Shown in pieces: positions 45,895-56,078 of a stretch of 64,000 nucleotides of DNA. Below the pieces are notes generated by a model. It saw only the letters and a list, made by a program, of their open reading frames with translations. It was not told the origin of the DNA and searched no databases. Numbering within the stretch: position 1 is the stretch's first letter; each line of letters opens with the position of its first letter. The translations under genes were made by a program, and so were the position numbers. This DNA is from Parcubacteria group bacterium Gr01-1014_13 (lineage in GTDB: Bacteria; Patescibacteriota; Patescibacteriia; Magasanikbacterales; GWA2-37-8), in assembly GCA_007376295.1 (NCBI GenBank), contig VMGB01000001.1, positions 80,424 through 144,423 of the forward strand, written 5' to 3'.

Positions 45895-46680
45895 ATGAAA
45901 AAATATCTTATACTATCTTTAGTCGCGGTTATGTCATTGGCTTCTTTTGCGCCGGCTTTAGCTCATGAAAATAGAGGTAATGGGGATAATGAAGGTAACC
46001 ATGGCAAAGGTAAAAAGAATGAAATCAGACTAAGTGTTGAAGCTAAGAAAGAGCTTAAATTAGAACTAAGGGAAGAAAGAAAAGAAATTAAGGATCGTAT
46101 AAAAGAGTTGACAGAGTCACTACGTTTTGCTCCACGAGCCTTAAATTTCGCAGGTAAATTAGTAAGCGTAAATAGCACTAGCACATCTTCTACTGAAATC
46201 ACTGTTAATGTGACCAGAGTTTCACCAAACAAACCAAAAAGATTATCAACTTCCACAGTATCCTATCCGGAAGTAGGAACAAATATAAAACTTAAAATTA
46301 CCGACAAAACTTTATTGATTAGAGCCTTTGGCGGTAAAATGAAAGTTTCGGAAATGAGTGTTGGCGACAATCTTCGAATTACGGCTAAGTTTAATCGGGA
46401 CGGCTCATTGGATGTTCGGGTTGTTAAAGATAATTCCTTGCACGTCTTGCGTCATAAAAAAGGTGTTGTAGAAAGTATTAACGCCAGCCTAAAGTCCTTT
46501 GTTCTAAAGCAGGAAAATAGAAACTTGACTGTGAATACTAATTCCAGCACAAAGTTCCATGCCAGAGGCAATACCACAACTTCTTTTGCCGATCTAAAAG
46601 TTGGCGGCAAAGTAATGGTAACAGGAATCGTAAATACTAATATCGGTATCGTTAATGCCGCTTCTGTAATTATCAAATAA
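45895..46680 (+). CDS. secreted protein (signal peptide; possibly DUF5666-type partner of the anti-sigma-like protein)
   Basis: Signal peptide 'LSLVAVMSLASFAPALAHE'. Coupled 5 nt after the upstream gene. Charged N-region then beta-rich domain. Confidence 0.4.
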   Translation: MKKYLILSLVAVMSLASFAPALAHENRGNGDNEGNHGKGKKNEIRLSVEAKKELKLELREERKEIKDRIKELTESLRFAPRALNFAGKLVSVNSTSTSSTEITVNVTRVSPNKPKRLSTSTVSYPEVGTNIKLKITDKTLLIRAFGGKMKVSEMSVGDNLRITAKFNRDGSLDVRVVKDNSLHVLRHKKGVVESINASLKSFVLKQENRNLTVNTNSSTKFHARGNTTTSFADLKVGGKVMVTGIVNTNIGIVNAASVIIK

Positions 46681-46687
46681 ATTTAAA

Positions 46688-46730
46688 AAACAAAAAACCA
46701 CTTACTTTAAATGAGTGGTTTTTTGTTTGT
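46688..46730. terminator. bidirectional rho-independent terminator between convergent genes
   Basis: AACCACT...AGTGGTT hairpin flanked by an A-tract upstream and T-tract downstream. Confidence 0.6.
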
Positions 46731-46736
46731 TTATTT

Positions 46737-47138
46737 TTAACGCTGATTATCTAGAGTTTTGTTTACCCAGGCATCTGCTTCTTTATTTTTTTCACGTAGT
46801 ACGTGCCGGTAAGAAACCTTTTTAAAACCACTTGCGAGATTAAATACTTGAATAAATAATTTTTGCAGACTAGGTTCTTTTACTTTGTATTCTCGCTTCA
46901 TTTGTTTTGTCACTAGTTCGCTATCCAAAATACATTCTACTTCAGTAGCCCCTAATTCTTGGGCTTTTTTTAAAGCCGAAATTAATGCGGCATATTCGGC
47001 ATAGTTGTTGGTTTGCCGGCCCAAATATTCTCCATATCCGGCAATTGTTTTGCCAGTTACGTCCTTTATAACAATACCGGCAGCTGCTGGGCCCGGGTTG
47101 CCGCGTGCGCCACCATCAGTGTAAGTAATGAGTTTCAT
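46737..47138 (-). CDS. rnhA: ribonuclease HI
   Basis: 'ITYTDGGARGNPGPAAAGIVI' (catalytic Asp), 'NNYAEYAALISAL' (catalytic Glu), C-terminal 'HVLREKNKEAD'. Confidence 0.85.
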   Translation of the reverse strand: MKLITYTDGGARGNPGPAAAGIVIKDVTGKTIAGYGEYLGRQTNNYAEYAALISALKKAQELGATEVECILDSELVTKQMKREYKVKEPSLQKLFIQVFNLASGFKKVSYRHVLREKNKEADAWVNKTLDNQR

Positions 47139-47148
47139 GTGATTAAAT

Positions 47149-48513
47149 TTAATAATTTAATTTCCAAATTCCTTCTTTGTTTTTGGTTTGATTAATATAA
47201 TACAGAATTTTATTATCGGTATCTGCAATGGCATTTATATTTTTTTCTTCAAGCAAATCGTGAGTGGCCAGATAGTAGGGGAAAAGCACCGTAGTTTTAT
47301 TGGCCCAAACCAGTCCCAAGGTATTATATTGGTCAAGAGGCATTACTTTTTGTAAGTATTCTCCCGATCGGTTTAAAAGATATGGCTCTTGGCCTTCGCT
47401 GTATGTCCATAGCTCCCACTGTGACCAAAGTAGCCACCAATTATTATATTTTGAAATTAGAAATTTGTCTGCTGATATTTTATAGGTATTGGAATTTGTT
47501 AGCAAAATCATCTGTAAACTTTTTTTATTTTGCAGTAATACTGTATTTTGTCGGGCTGCCAGAATTTGCAAATTTTCTTTTTCGGTTTGGCCGGTAGCCA
47601 AATTTATATCAGTGGAATCCAGACGGTTGAAGACAGAATTAAACCCAAGAGTATCTCGAGTAATATCGTATTGTTTGGTGGTGGTGTTTATCTGCATTGT
47701 CCACAACTGCCCATCTTCCATATACCAATCAAGGTAGTTATTTTTAGTTATAACCTGGAATTTTGCAGTGATTGGAGAATATAAAAATATACTGTCTTTA
47801 GTGCTGTAGTACAATTGCGGTTCAGTTGAGTTTCCCCACTGAAACTTTCTTATTGGTGAATTGGTTTTAGCCACGTCTATTTGTTTAAGCGGATTTTCGG
47901 CGTTTATTACCAGTAAGCGCGAGTAGGGGACGTTAGCATCAGCGATTAAGGCGTAATTATTTTTTTCCGCCCAAAGTATAGTTGCTGGTTCCGTGTCTAG
48001 GCTGGATAAAAGTGTAGATTGTTTAGCGGTATTATCCCAGAGGAAAACTTCAGTGGCGTTATTTTTTTTGATGCTATAAATTATAAATCTGCCATCATAT
48101 GAGATAGCCACATTGTCAATTTTTCCATTTACCAAAATTTCCGGTTTATTTTTTTTGATCAGACTAATCTCTTTTGTATAGTTGGTTTGTTTGTTTTTTA
48201 CTTCAATTTCTTTTTGCCAATCAAAGTATTCCGGCGCGGTAATGCGTAAATTATACTTGGCCGGAGCAATATTGTTTAGCCGAATCGGCATCCTGTCCTG
48301 TAGTTTAATGCCGTTTAAATAGACAGTGGCATTTCTTGGTTCAACATCCACGCTAATGGCGCCGGTTTCTTTGAGCAAGCCATTTTCCCAATCATAGTGG
48401 TAGCCGGCAGTATACATTATAATAACCGGTGAAATTACAAAAAAAGCAATGATAAATATGATTAGCATTGATAGGCGTACGCCGCGTGAAAATTTTGTAT
48501 TTGGATATTCCAT
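47149..48513 (-). CDS. membrane-anchored PEGA-domain protein with beta-propeller-like C-terminal region
   Basis: N-terminal TM. 'ISVDVEPRNATVYLNGIKL...YNLRITAPEYFDWQKEIEV' PEGA-like beta-sandwich. Confidence 0.45.
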   Translation of the reverse strand: MEYPNTKFSRGVRLSMLIIFIIAFFVISPVIIMYTAGYHYDWENGLLKETGAISVDVEPRNATVYLNGIKLQDRMPIRLNNIAPAKYNLRITAPEYFDWQKEIEVKNKQTNYTKEISLIKKNKPEILVNGKIDNVAISYDGRFIIYSIKKNNATEVFLWDNTAKQSTLLSSLDTEPATILWAEKNNYALIADANVPYSRLLVINAENPLKQIDVAKTNSPIRKFQWGNSTEPQLYYSTKDSIFLYSPITAKFQVITKNNYLDWYMEDGQLWTMQINTTTKQYDITRDTLGFNSVFNRLDSTDINLATGQTEKENLQILAARQNTVLLQNKKSLQMILLTNSNTYKISADKFLISKYNNWWLLWSQWELWTYSEGQEPYLLNRSGEYLQKVMPLDQYNTLGLVWANKTTVLFPYYLATHDLLEEKNINAIADTDNKILYYINQTKNKEGIWKLNY

Positions 48514-48584
48514 GACAGCTTTGACTAAATGATTATTTTATAATATACTTAATACTAACCAAAAAGCAGTTAATAGTCAAAGAT

Positions 48585-49880
48585 ATGACCTATTTAGTGG
48601 TCAATGGAGGCAAAAAATTACATGGAGAAATAATGAACCAACCGGCCAAAAATTCGGCCGTGTCAATTTTATGTGCCTCAATAATGATACCGGGTAAGAC
48701 TATTTTGTCGGACGTGCCGCAAATTGAAGAAGTAAATCGGATTTTGGAATTGCTGACCAGTCTGGGTGTAAAAGTAGAAAAACTGGGACCAGGCAAATTA
48801 AGTTTGGAATCTGGCAAAAATTTAAATTTGGGTAATATCGACAAACACGCTTCGGAAGTTACTAGATCATCCCTTCTTTTATTGGGTGCGCTTTCATCTC
48901 GTCCGGTTAGTTACAAGATTTATAAATCAGGTGGATGCCGATTGGGAGAAAGGACTGTTCGCCCCCATTTATACGCGCTCCAAAGTTTTGGGGTTAGTGT
49001 AATTTCCAAGCAAAAATTTTATGAAGTTAAAAACAGTCCGCTTCGTGCGGCGCAGATAGTAATGTATGAATCCGGTGACACTCCTACCGAAAATGCTATT
49101 ATGGCAGCAGTGCTGGCGCCGGGTAAAAGTATTATTCGTATGGCATCGGCAAATTATATGGTGCAGGACCTTTGTTATTTTTTGCGCCAAGCCGGAGCTA
49201 AAATAGAAGGTATCGGTACAACTACTCTCACCATAGAAGGTGTTAAAGAACTAAAAACTTCCGTAAGTTACTCCATAATGCCGGATCCAATCGCAGCCAT
49301 GACATTTTTGTCCGCCGCCATAGTTACTGGATCTCATCTTACTATAAAAAATTGCCCGATGGATTTTTTGGATTTGGAACTATGTAAGTTAGAAAAAATG
49401 GGGCAGAAATTACAAGTAAAAAATGAACGAGACGGAAAATTTCGCATGGCCGATATAGAAGTTTGGCCTTCTGCTTTAAAGGCTTTGCCGGATAAAATTT
49501 ACGGCCGGCCATTTCCCGGTTTAAATATCGACAATTTGCCGTTATTTATTCCTGTTTTGGCCAAAGCTAAAGGCAGAACGTTAGTTCATGACTGGGCTTA
49601 TGAAAATAGATCTGTATACTCTATGGAATTACAAAAACTAGGAGCAAAAATTAATTTACTTGATCTGCATAGAGCTTGGGTAGAAGGACCTACTCAGTTT
49701 AAAGCCAATGAAGTAGTTTGTCCGCCAGCCCTGCGACCGGCTGTAAATGTGCTTATCTGTATGTTGGCCGCCAAAGGCAAATCAATTTTGCGTAATACCT
49801 ATGTGATTGATCGCGGCTACGAAAACTTGTATGATATATTGAATAGTGCCGGCGCCGATATTAAAATAGTAAAAGAATAG
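48585..49880 (+). CDS. murA: UDP-N-acetylglucosamine 1-carboxyvinyltransferase MurA
   Basis: 'LVVNGGKKLHGEI...AKNSAVSILCASIM' N-terminus parallels MurA. Catalytic Cys loop region 'YKSGGCRLGERTVRPH'. Confidence 0.85.
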   Translation: MTYLVVNGGKKLHGEIMNQPAKNSAVSILCASIMIPGKTILSDVPQIEEVNRILELLTSLGVKVEKLGPGKLSLESGKNLNLGNIDKHASEVTRSSLLLLGALSSRPVSYKIYKSGGCRLGERTVRPHLYALQSFGVSVISKQKFYEVKNSPLRAAQIVMYESGDTPTENAIMAAVLAPGKSIIRMASANYMVQDLCYFLRQAGAKIEGIGTTTLTIEGVKELKTSVSYSIMPDPIAAMTFLSAAIVTGSHLTIKNCPMDFLDLELCKLEKMGQKLQVKNERDGKFRMADIEVWPSALKALPDKIYGRPFPGLNIDNLPLFIPVLAKAKGRTLVHDWAYENRSVYSMELQKLGAKINLLDLHRAWVEGPTQFKANEVVCPPALRPAVNVLICMLAAKGKSILRNTYVIDRGYENLYDILNSAGADIKIVKE

Positions 49881-49881
49881 T

Positions 49882-51144
49882 ATGATGATGCAAACATCGC
49901 CTATAAAACTTAGAGCCAAAAAATACGCAGGAGTTTATTTGTCGGTAATACTATTTATCATATCCTTTGGTATGGGTATTATTGTTGGCAAAACTTGGTA
50001 TGTAAAAAAGCAGATTACCGGTGATGATGGCAGTATCCAGCTAGACAAAGTGCTGAATCTAAACCGTTCATTAAATCGTTCAAGTTTAGATTTTAGTCAG
50101 TTTTGGGATGTTTGGGATAAAGTAAAGGCCAAATATGTAAAAAATGAAATTGCTGAGGAAGATATGTTCTACGGAGCGATTCAGGGGATGGTAGCATCTT
50201 TAGGAGATCCGTATTCTTTATATTTTGCTCCCAAGGCAGCCGAAGAATTTGCTAAAGATTTATCCGGAGAACTAGAGGGTATTGGCGCTGAAATTGGTGT
50301 AAAAAATAATCAGTTAGTGGTAGTATCGCCGTTGCCGGATTCACCTGCTGAAAAAGCCGGGTTACGGCCAGGTGATAAAATTTTGGATATAGATAAGGAG
50401 AGTACGTTCGGTATGGATGTAAACACAGCTGTCGGTAAAATACGTGGTAAAGCCAATACGAAAGTAGTTCTTACTATTACTAGAAATGGTCTGGATAAAG
50501 CCAATGAAATTACGATTACTCGAGCAAAGATAAATGTTCCTTCAATATTATTCTCGGTCAAGCCCGGCAATATTGCCTATCTTCGGGTAATGCAATTTAA
50601 CGCCGATACCAACGCGCAGCTGGATAAAGCTATAAAACAGATTAAGTCGCGCGGCAGCAAAGGAATAATTTTGGATCTAAGAAACAATCCTGGAGGTTAT
50701 TTGACCTCCGCAATTTATATGGCCAGTGAGTGGGTTACCGATGGGGTGGTAGTAAGTGAAAAAGGTAAAGACGGAGAAGGCAATGATCACAATACTGAAG
50801 GTCAGCATCGTTTGGCTGGAATTAAGACGGTAGTACTGATAAACAAAGGTTCGGCTTCAGCTTCGGAAATTGTGGCCGGCGCTTTGCAGGATACTAAAAA
50901 TGCGACTTTAATCGGTGAACAAACTTTTGGTAAAGGTTCAGTGCAGGATTTTGAGACTTTCCCGGATGGTTCCGCTCTTAAAATTACTGTGGCCGAATGG
51001 TTTACCCCTAGTGGCAGAAATATAAATAAAGAAGGAGTTAAACCAGATATAGAAATAAAACAAGATTGGCAGAATGAAAAAATAGGCGAAGACATAGTTT
51101 TAAGTAAAGCTCTGGAATTTATCGCTTCATCTACCAAAAAATAA
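49882..51144 (+). CDS. ctpA: carboxy-terminal processing protease (S41 family, PDZ domain)
   Basis: PDZ 'VVSPLPDSPAEKAGLRPGDKILDID'. S41 motifs 'GIILDLRNNPGGYL' and 'VLINKGSASASEIVAGALQD'. Confidence 0.85.
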   Translation: MMMQTSPIKLRAKKYAGVYLSVILFIISFGMGIIVGKTWYVKKQITGDDGSIQLDKVLNLNRSLNRSSLDFSQFWDVWDKVKAKYVKNEIAEEDMFYGAIQGMVASLGDPYSLYFAPKAAEEFAKDLSGELEGIGAEIGVKNNQLVVVSPLPDSPAEKAGLRPGDKILDIDKESTFGMDVNTAVGKIRGKANTKVVLTITRNGLDKANEITITRAKINVPSILFSVKPGNIAYLRVMQFNADTNAQLDKAIKQIKSRGSKGIILDLRNNPGGYLTSAIYMASEWVTDGVVVSEKGKDGEGNDHNTEGQHRLAGIKTVVLINKGSASASEIVAGALQDTKNATLIGEQTFGKGSVQDFETFPDGSALKITVAEWFTPSGRNINKEGVKPDIEIKQDWQNEKIGEDIVLSKALEFIASSTKK

Positions 51145-51150
51145 CTTCCT

Positions 51151-51190
51151 AAATCAAAAAAACACCAGAGATGGTGTTTTTTTGATTTAG
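51151..51190. terminator. bidirectional rho-independent terminator (AAATCAAAAAA-ACACCA-GAGA-TGGTGT-TTTTTTGATTT)
   Basis: Near-perfect extended palindrome with A-tract/T-tract arms. Confidence 0.65.
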
Positions 51191-51215
51191 CCCCAGGTTT
51201 ATCTGAGGCATAAGT

Positions 51216-51515
51216 TTATATTTTGGCGCTATAGCTTTGTTTTAACAAAATAAGCGTTATGAGTGGGTGTTGCTTGTGGTCTTCAGAATCCCAATACATT
51301 TTTAGAAGCTTATCTTGTTCCTCTGGATGTATATAGCGAAGAATTTCATCTGCTGCCAGGTCCTTTACAGACCATACTTCCAGCGGAAGCTGAAAGAGAA
51401 GCGATAAAAAAGCGTCATGGTGAAGTGTTTTACGGTATCTTTGCACCATCTTGCATATTTCTAAAGTGTCTGCATTTTCAAGGAGCTCTGCTGTCGGTTT
51501 ACTGACTTCGTGCAC
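51216..51515 (-). CDS. hypothetical protein (99 aa), weak call
   Basis: Only ORF filling the gap between ctpA and era. No homology recognised. Confidence 0.25.
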   Translation of the reverse strand: MHEVSKPTAELLENADTLEICKMVQRYRKTLHHDAFLSLLFQLPLEVWSVKDLAADEILRYIHPEEQDKLLKMYWDSEDHKQHPLITLILLKQSYSAKI

Positions 51516-51604
51516 GTATTCTCCCCCCGAAGAACGTGTTTAGAAACAACCACTTACCCTTAAGTTCTATCATAGATAACGAGAAGCGTCAATCCTACTG
51601 TCGG

Positions 51605-52486
51605 TTAAATTCGCTCTTCCCAGCGGCGGTCGGTTTCTACTTCAAGTTGTAGGAATATTTTTTTATTCAGCGCCGCTTCCAGTTCTTTACGTGCGGCAAT
51701 GCCGATTTCCTTTATGGATCGTCCGCCTTTACCGATAATCATTTTTTTGTAGCGGCTGTCGTATGTATAAACAATAGCGTTGATTACAAAAAGATCTGGT
51801 TTTTCTTCAATATTTTCTACCTCAACATGAGTAGTGTATGGTACTTCTTGGCGCAAAGCTTTAAAAATTTTTTCTCTGATAAGTTCTGATATCCAGAATT
51901 TTTCATCCATGTTTGTCAGTTGGGTGGGCGGGTAGTTTGGCTCGCCTTCAGGCAGAAGTTCAAACACTTTATCTCGTAGTGGCTGCACATCTCTATTTTG
52001 TTCCGCGGATAATTCAAAAACAGCAGTAAACTGATCGGCCAGTGCCAGGTAGTCATCCAAAAAAACTTTTTCTTTCATCGGCAGATCTGATTTATTTATT
52101 ACCAACAATTTTGGTATTTCCAAATTTCTGACCATGGCCAGAGTGGCGCGTTCTTCAGCACCCAAAGATTTGGTTGGGTCAGCAACATAAAGAATTATAT
52201 CAATCCCTTGTAGGGCGTCTTGCGCGCGCTGAGTTAATTTACCTGAAAGTGGATTGCCCTTATCTTTAAAAATTCCCGGGGTATCTATAAATACCACCTG
52301 CCCTTGCGCGGTGTTTAGTACTCCATGTATAATGTTTCTGGTAGTTTGAGGTTTATCAGTGACGGCCGCAATTTTGGTGCCGATAAGGGTGTTGAGCAGC
52401 GCAGACTTTCCTACGTTGGAACGTCCGATCAAAGTCACAAAACCGCTTTTAAATTCACCTTTTAATTCCTCTTTAGGCTTAACCAT
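51605..52486 (-). CDS. era: GTPase Era
   Basis: G1 'GRSNVGKSALLN', G3 'DTPG', G4 'NKSD', C-terminal KH domain 'VEVETDRRW'. Confidence 0.9.
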   Translation of the reverse strand: MVKPKEELKGEFKSGFVTLIGRSNVGKSALLNTLIGTKIAAVTDKPQTTRNIIHGVLNTAQGQVVFIDTPGIFKDKGNPLSGKLTQRAQDALQGIDIILYVADPTKSLGAEERATLAMVRNLEIPKLLVINKSDLPMKEKVFLDDYLALADQFTAVFELSAEQNRDVQPLRDKVFELLPEGEPNYPPTQLTNMDEKFWISELIREKIFKALRQEVPYTTHVEVENIEEKPDLFVINAIVYTYDSRYKKMIIGKGGRSIKEIGIAARKELEAALNKKIFLQLEVETDRRWEERI

Positions 52487-52557
52487 ACAATTTGCCTTAG
52501 GCGTTAAATTGATAGTATAATATACATGCTTTTACCAATAAAAGCAAGACTGAGCGT

Positions 52558-52998
52558 ATGAAAGTGATTTTAATCCAAAATGTAGCTGGAATTGGTAAAA
52601 TTGATGATATAAAAGAAGTTAGCGAAGGCTATGCCCGCAACTTTTTATTTGCCAAAAATTTGGCCCAGCCAGCCACCAAACAGGTGCTGGAAGACTTAAA
52701 AGCGCGTAAAAATAAACAAGTCAAAGACAGAGATGCCCAATTGCGCTATGAGCAGAGTCTGGCCGACAAGTTGTATGGGTATGAGTTAGTTTTAAAAGAA
52801 AAAGTCAGTGGCGGCGGAGCGCTTTATGCAGCTGTTGGTCCGCAAAAAGTATCCGAAGCGTTGGCGAATAAGGGTTTTAAAATAAATAAAGACCAGGTTA
52901 TATTTAAACCAATAAAAGAAATAGGGGAGTACAAAGCAAAAATTAAATTCCAACATGGGTTGGAAACGGAAATATCAATAACTGTTTCAAAAATTTAA
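52558..52998 (+). CDS. rplI: 50S ribosomal protein L9
   Basis: 'MKVILIQNVAGIGKIDDIKEVSEGYARNFL' canonical L9 N-domain. Confidence 0.85.
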   Translation: MKVILIQNVAGIGKIDDIKEVSEGYARNFLFAKNLAQPATKQVLEDLKARKNKQVKDRDAQLRYEQSLADKLYGYELVLKEKVSGGGALYAAVGPQKVSEALANKGFKINKDQVIFKPIKEIGEYKAKIKFQHGLETEISITVSKI

Positions 52999-53000
52999 TT

Positions 53001-54632
53001 ATGTCTAAAACCAAATATATTTTCGTCATTGGCGGCGTGCTTAGTGGAGTGGGTAAAGGCGTCACCGCGGCTTCCATCGGCAGGATTTTAAAAAACCGAG
53101 GCTTTAATGTCTCGGTTATTAAAATAGATCCATATATAAATATCGATGCTGGTACCATGAATCCGCTCGAACATGGCGAAGTTTTTGTAACCGAAGATGG
53201 CGACGAAACGGATCAGGATTTGGGAAACTATGAAAGATTTTTGGAAACAAATATTTATTCTTACAATTACATGACTACCGGCCGGGTGTATATGAATGTT
53301 ATTGAAAAAGAACGCAGCATGTTCTATAAGGGACGTTGTGTGCAGGTGGTGCCACATATCCCTATGGAAGTTATTTCACGCATAAAAACTGCCGCGCAAA
53401 AAACTAAAGCAGAAATAATGATAATAGAAATTGGCGGTACAGTGGGTGAGTACGAAAACATTTTATTTTTGGAAGCGGCGCGCATGATGAAATTGGATGC
53501 TCCAGACGATGTAGCTTTCGTTTTGGTAAGTTATATGCCTGTGCCAAGCCATTTGGGAGAAATGAAGACTAAGCCAACCCAGCATGCTGCCCGTACATTA
53601 AACAATAGCGGTATTCAAGCTGATTTTATTGTCGCCAGAGGCAAAGATGAACTAGACAAGCCTAGACGAGAAAAATTAGCCTTTTTTTGCTGGTTACGAT
53701 CACAAGACGATGTAATCGCCGCGCCAGACGTGCCTAGTATTTATGAGATTCCTCTTGTTTTGGAAAAACAAAAATTTGCCGGTTTGTTGATGAAGCGATT
53801 AAAGATTCGACCACGACAGTTGATAGACAAGCGTTGGGATAATTTTGTGGCCAAGATGAAAAAGGTTAAGAAATCCGTAAAGATTGCTGTGGTCGGTAAA
53901 TATTTTGCTACTGGTGAGTATACTTTGTCTGATTCATATATATCTGTAATTAACGCCGTCAAACATGCAGCCTGGCATAATGGTGTAAATGCAGAAATGA
54001 CTTGGCTGGATTCTGAAGATTATGAAAAAAATCCAGAAAAAGTGAAAGAGCTTGGTGGCTATGATGCCCTGATTGTTCCAGGCGGTTTTGGTACCAGAGG
54101 AATTGAGGGTATAATCGCAGCCATTAAATATGTACGCGAGAATGATTTGCCGTATCTGGGATTATGCTATGGAATGCAACTAGCCACCATAGAATTCGCG
54201 CGTCATGTTTTAAAACTCAAAGACGCACATACCGTGGAGTGCGATCCAAAAAGTAAAAATTTAATAATCAATATTAACAATACTCAGGCAGATAATATAA
54301 AAAACGAACGCTATGGCGGTACTATGCGTCTGGGGGCGTATGATTGCGACCTTACTCCGGGTAGCATAGCCCACCAACTTTATGGTGCAGATAAAATTAG
54401 TGAACGCCACCGCCATCGTTATGAATTTGATAATAAATATAAAGCCGAGATGGAAAAGAAAGACATGGTATTTTCTGGTATAAATCCTCAATCCGATTTG
54501 GTGGAAATTATAGAATTAAAAAAACATCCGTATTTTGTCGGTGTACAATTTCATCCAGAATTTAAATCCAGATTTTTAGAACCACATCCATTGTTTGTCG
54601 GGTTGGTAAAAGCCGCGATTAAAAATAAATAA
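53001..54632 (+). CDS. pyrG: CTP synthase
   Basis: 'KYIFVIGGVLSGVGKGVTAAS' N-terminus. Glutaminase domain 'GLCYGMQ' and 'HRYEF'. Confidence 0.95.
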   Translation: MSKTKYIFVIGGVLSGVGKGVTAASIGRILKNRGFNVSVIKIDPYINIDAGTMNPLEHGEVFVTEDGDETDQDLGNYERFLETNIYSYNYMTTGRVYMNVIEKERSMFYKGRCVQVVPHIPMEVISRIKTAAQKTKAEIMIIEIGGTVGEYENILFLEAARMMKLDAPDDVAFVLVSYMPVPSHLGEMKTKPTQHAARTLNNSGIQADFIVARGKDELDKPRREKLAFFCWLRSQDDVIAAPDVPSIYEIPLVLEKQKFAGLLMKRLKIRPRQLIDKRWDNFVAKMKKVKKSVKIAVVGKYFATGEYTLSDSYISVINAVKHAAWHNGVNAEMTWLDSEDYEKNPEKVKELGGYDALIVPGGFGTRGIEGIIAAIKYVRENDLPYLGLCYGMQLATIEFARHVLKLKDAHTVECDPKSKNLIININNTQADNIKNERYGGTMRLGAYDCDLTPGSIAHQLYGADKISERHRHRYEFDNKYKAEMEKKDMVFSGINPQSDLVEIIELKKHPYFVGVQFHPEFKSRFLEPHPLFVGLVKAAIKNK

Positions 54633-54695
54633 TAAGGTCCCGGGTATAATTGACTACCATCTATATAGATGGTAGTCTTTTGTTTAGGAGGAAGT

Positions 54696-55817
54696 ATGAA
54701 GGACCAAAAAGAATTGATCGTCGATCTGGAGCCTTATCTAGACGGTAGTGTTGAAGGAACCAGACATGCTTGTCGTCGTTTGGTAAACATTTTGCACAAA
54801 CAGTCATTTGTCATTGTGTATGATCCGCGCGTTTCTAATGTTGATAATGACCGGTATCTAGACATGATGGAGCGATACTTTTCCCAGTCGGAAAAACAGC
54901 TACGGAAAGACGAGCGCCCCAAATTGCATTATCAAGTTGGCGTTTCCAAGGGTCAGGAAAAGCCTCGTGATCATCGCGCGTATATTTCAACTATGCGGCC
55001 TGAGCACTGGCCGCATATTACGCCGCCTAATTACAAAGGTGATCCGCGTTGGCGATTCTTCCGAAATTTAGGCAAGCCGCCATCGAAGACCAAATTTCCC
55101 AAGCTTAACGCTCAGCGCACACCTGTAATTCCGAAGGGGTTTGAAGGTGAATGGGCAAAGACCATGGACACTTGGGGCGAGAAGATGTTGGCAAGCGTTT
55201 TCACGATTGCTGAGATGATGGCGGAAGCGTTCGGACTGCCAAAGAGTACTTTTACCAAAAAGTTCGCTCATGCTCCACATCTAATTGCTCCCAACGGAGT
55301 GAATTTGCTGGACTATCCCGAAGGGACTGTTTTCAATGGTTTTCACTATGATCTGAATTGGGGCACCATTCATGGCCGTTCTCGTTTTCCTGGTCTTAGG
55401 GTCTGGCCGCGTGATGGGGCACCGTTTACGGTGCGTGTTCCAAAAGGGGCTTTGCTTTTCCAAGTAGCCAAACAGTTGGAATGGCAAACTGGCGGATATT
55501 TCCGCGCTGGGTTCCATGAAGTAGTGAATTTGCCCGACACTGTGAAGGCTGCGCAAGAAGCTGCGCGTACCGGACGTCCGCCAATCAGAGTTTCTTCAAC
55601 TGTTTTTGCTCACGTGGCGAGCGATCTGACTTTGCGGGTAGAAAAAAAAGTTTTGGAAAATGATCTTGGTAGCATAGATCATGCCTCTGAAGTTTTGGAT
55701 CTGCCGGCGGGTGAATCTGCCAAGCATCTTGCCAAGATTTTGCAGATGTATCCGCCCACCAAAGCGGGAGATCAGGTGCTTGGCGAACTAAAGGCGCTTG
55801 GTCTTAAGAAAGACTAA
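54696..55817 (+). CDS. 2OG-Fe(II)-oxygenase-superfamily-like protein (HxD...H), compositionally foreign
   Basis: 'FHYDLN' (HxD) and distal 'FHEV' about 55 aa later. Higher G+C than neighbours by eye. Strong SD 'AGGAGG' 4 nt before ATG 54696. Confidence 0.45.
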   Translation: MKDQKELIVDLEPYLDGSVEGTRHACRRLVNILHKQSFVIVYDPRVSNVDNDRYLDMMERYFSQSEKQLRKDERPKLHYQVGVSKGQEKPRDHRAYISTMRPEHWPHITPPNYKGDPRWRFFRNLGKPPSKTKFPKLNAQRTPVIPKGFEGEWAKTMDTWGEKMLASVFTIAEMMAEAFGLPKSTFTKKFAHAPHLIAPNGVNLLDYPEGTVFNGFHYDLNWGTIHGRSRFPGLRVWPRDGAPFTVRVPKGALLFQVAKQLEWQTGGYFRAGFHEVVNLPDTVKAAQEAARTGRPPIRVSSTVFAHVASDLTLRVEKKVLENDLGSIDHASEVLDLPAGESAKHLAKILQMYPPTKAGDQVLGELKALGLKKD

Positions 55818-55819
55818 TC

Positions 55820-56065
55820 ATGCCCAAGGAGGAAACCATGGTTATTACTGATCGCGACCCTGGAGATGAGGATATGAATACTGAAGATTCGGAATTGCTT
55901 CGGGCTATAGCCCGGTTCGAGAATGGCGATTTTACTCCCGAGGAAGAAGCTGAGATGAAAAAGTGGGAGGCCGAGGTTAATGCAAAATTAAGAGAAGGTG
56001 CCAGAGAACACGATTTGATCCTGGCTTGGTCAAAAGTGCACGGAGCAAACAAAGTTTATAAATAG
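55820..56065 (+). CDS. small acidic protein (81 aa) translationally coupled to the oxygenase-like gene
   Basis: Starts 3 nt after the upstream stop. Same elevated G+C. Followed by a GC-rich terminator. Confidence 0.35.
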   Translation: MPKEETMVITDRDPGDEDMNTEDSELLRAIARFENGDFTPEEEAEMKKWEAEVNAKLREGAREHDLILAWSKVHGANKVYK

Positions 56066-56078
56066 AGAGATTGGTTTA

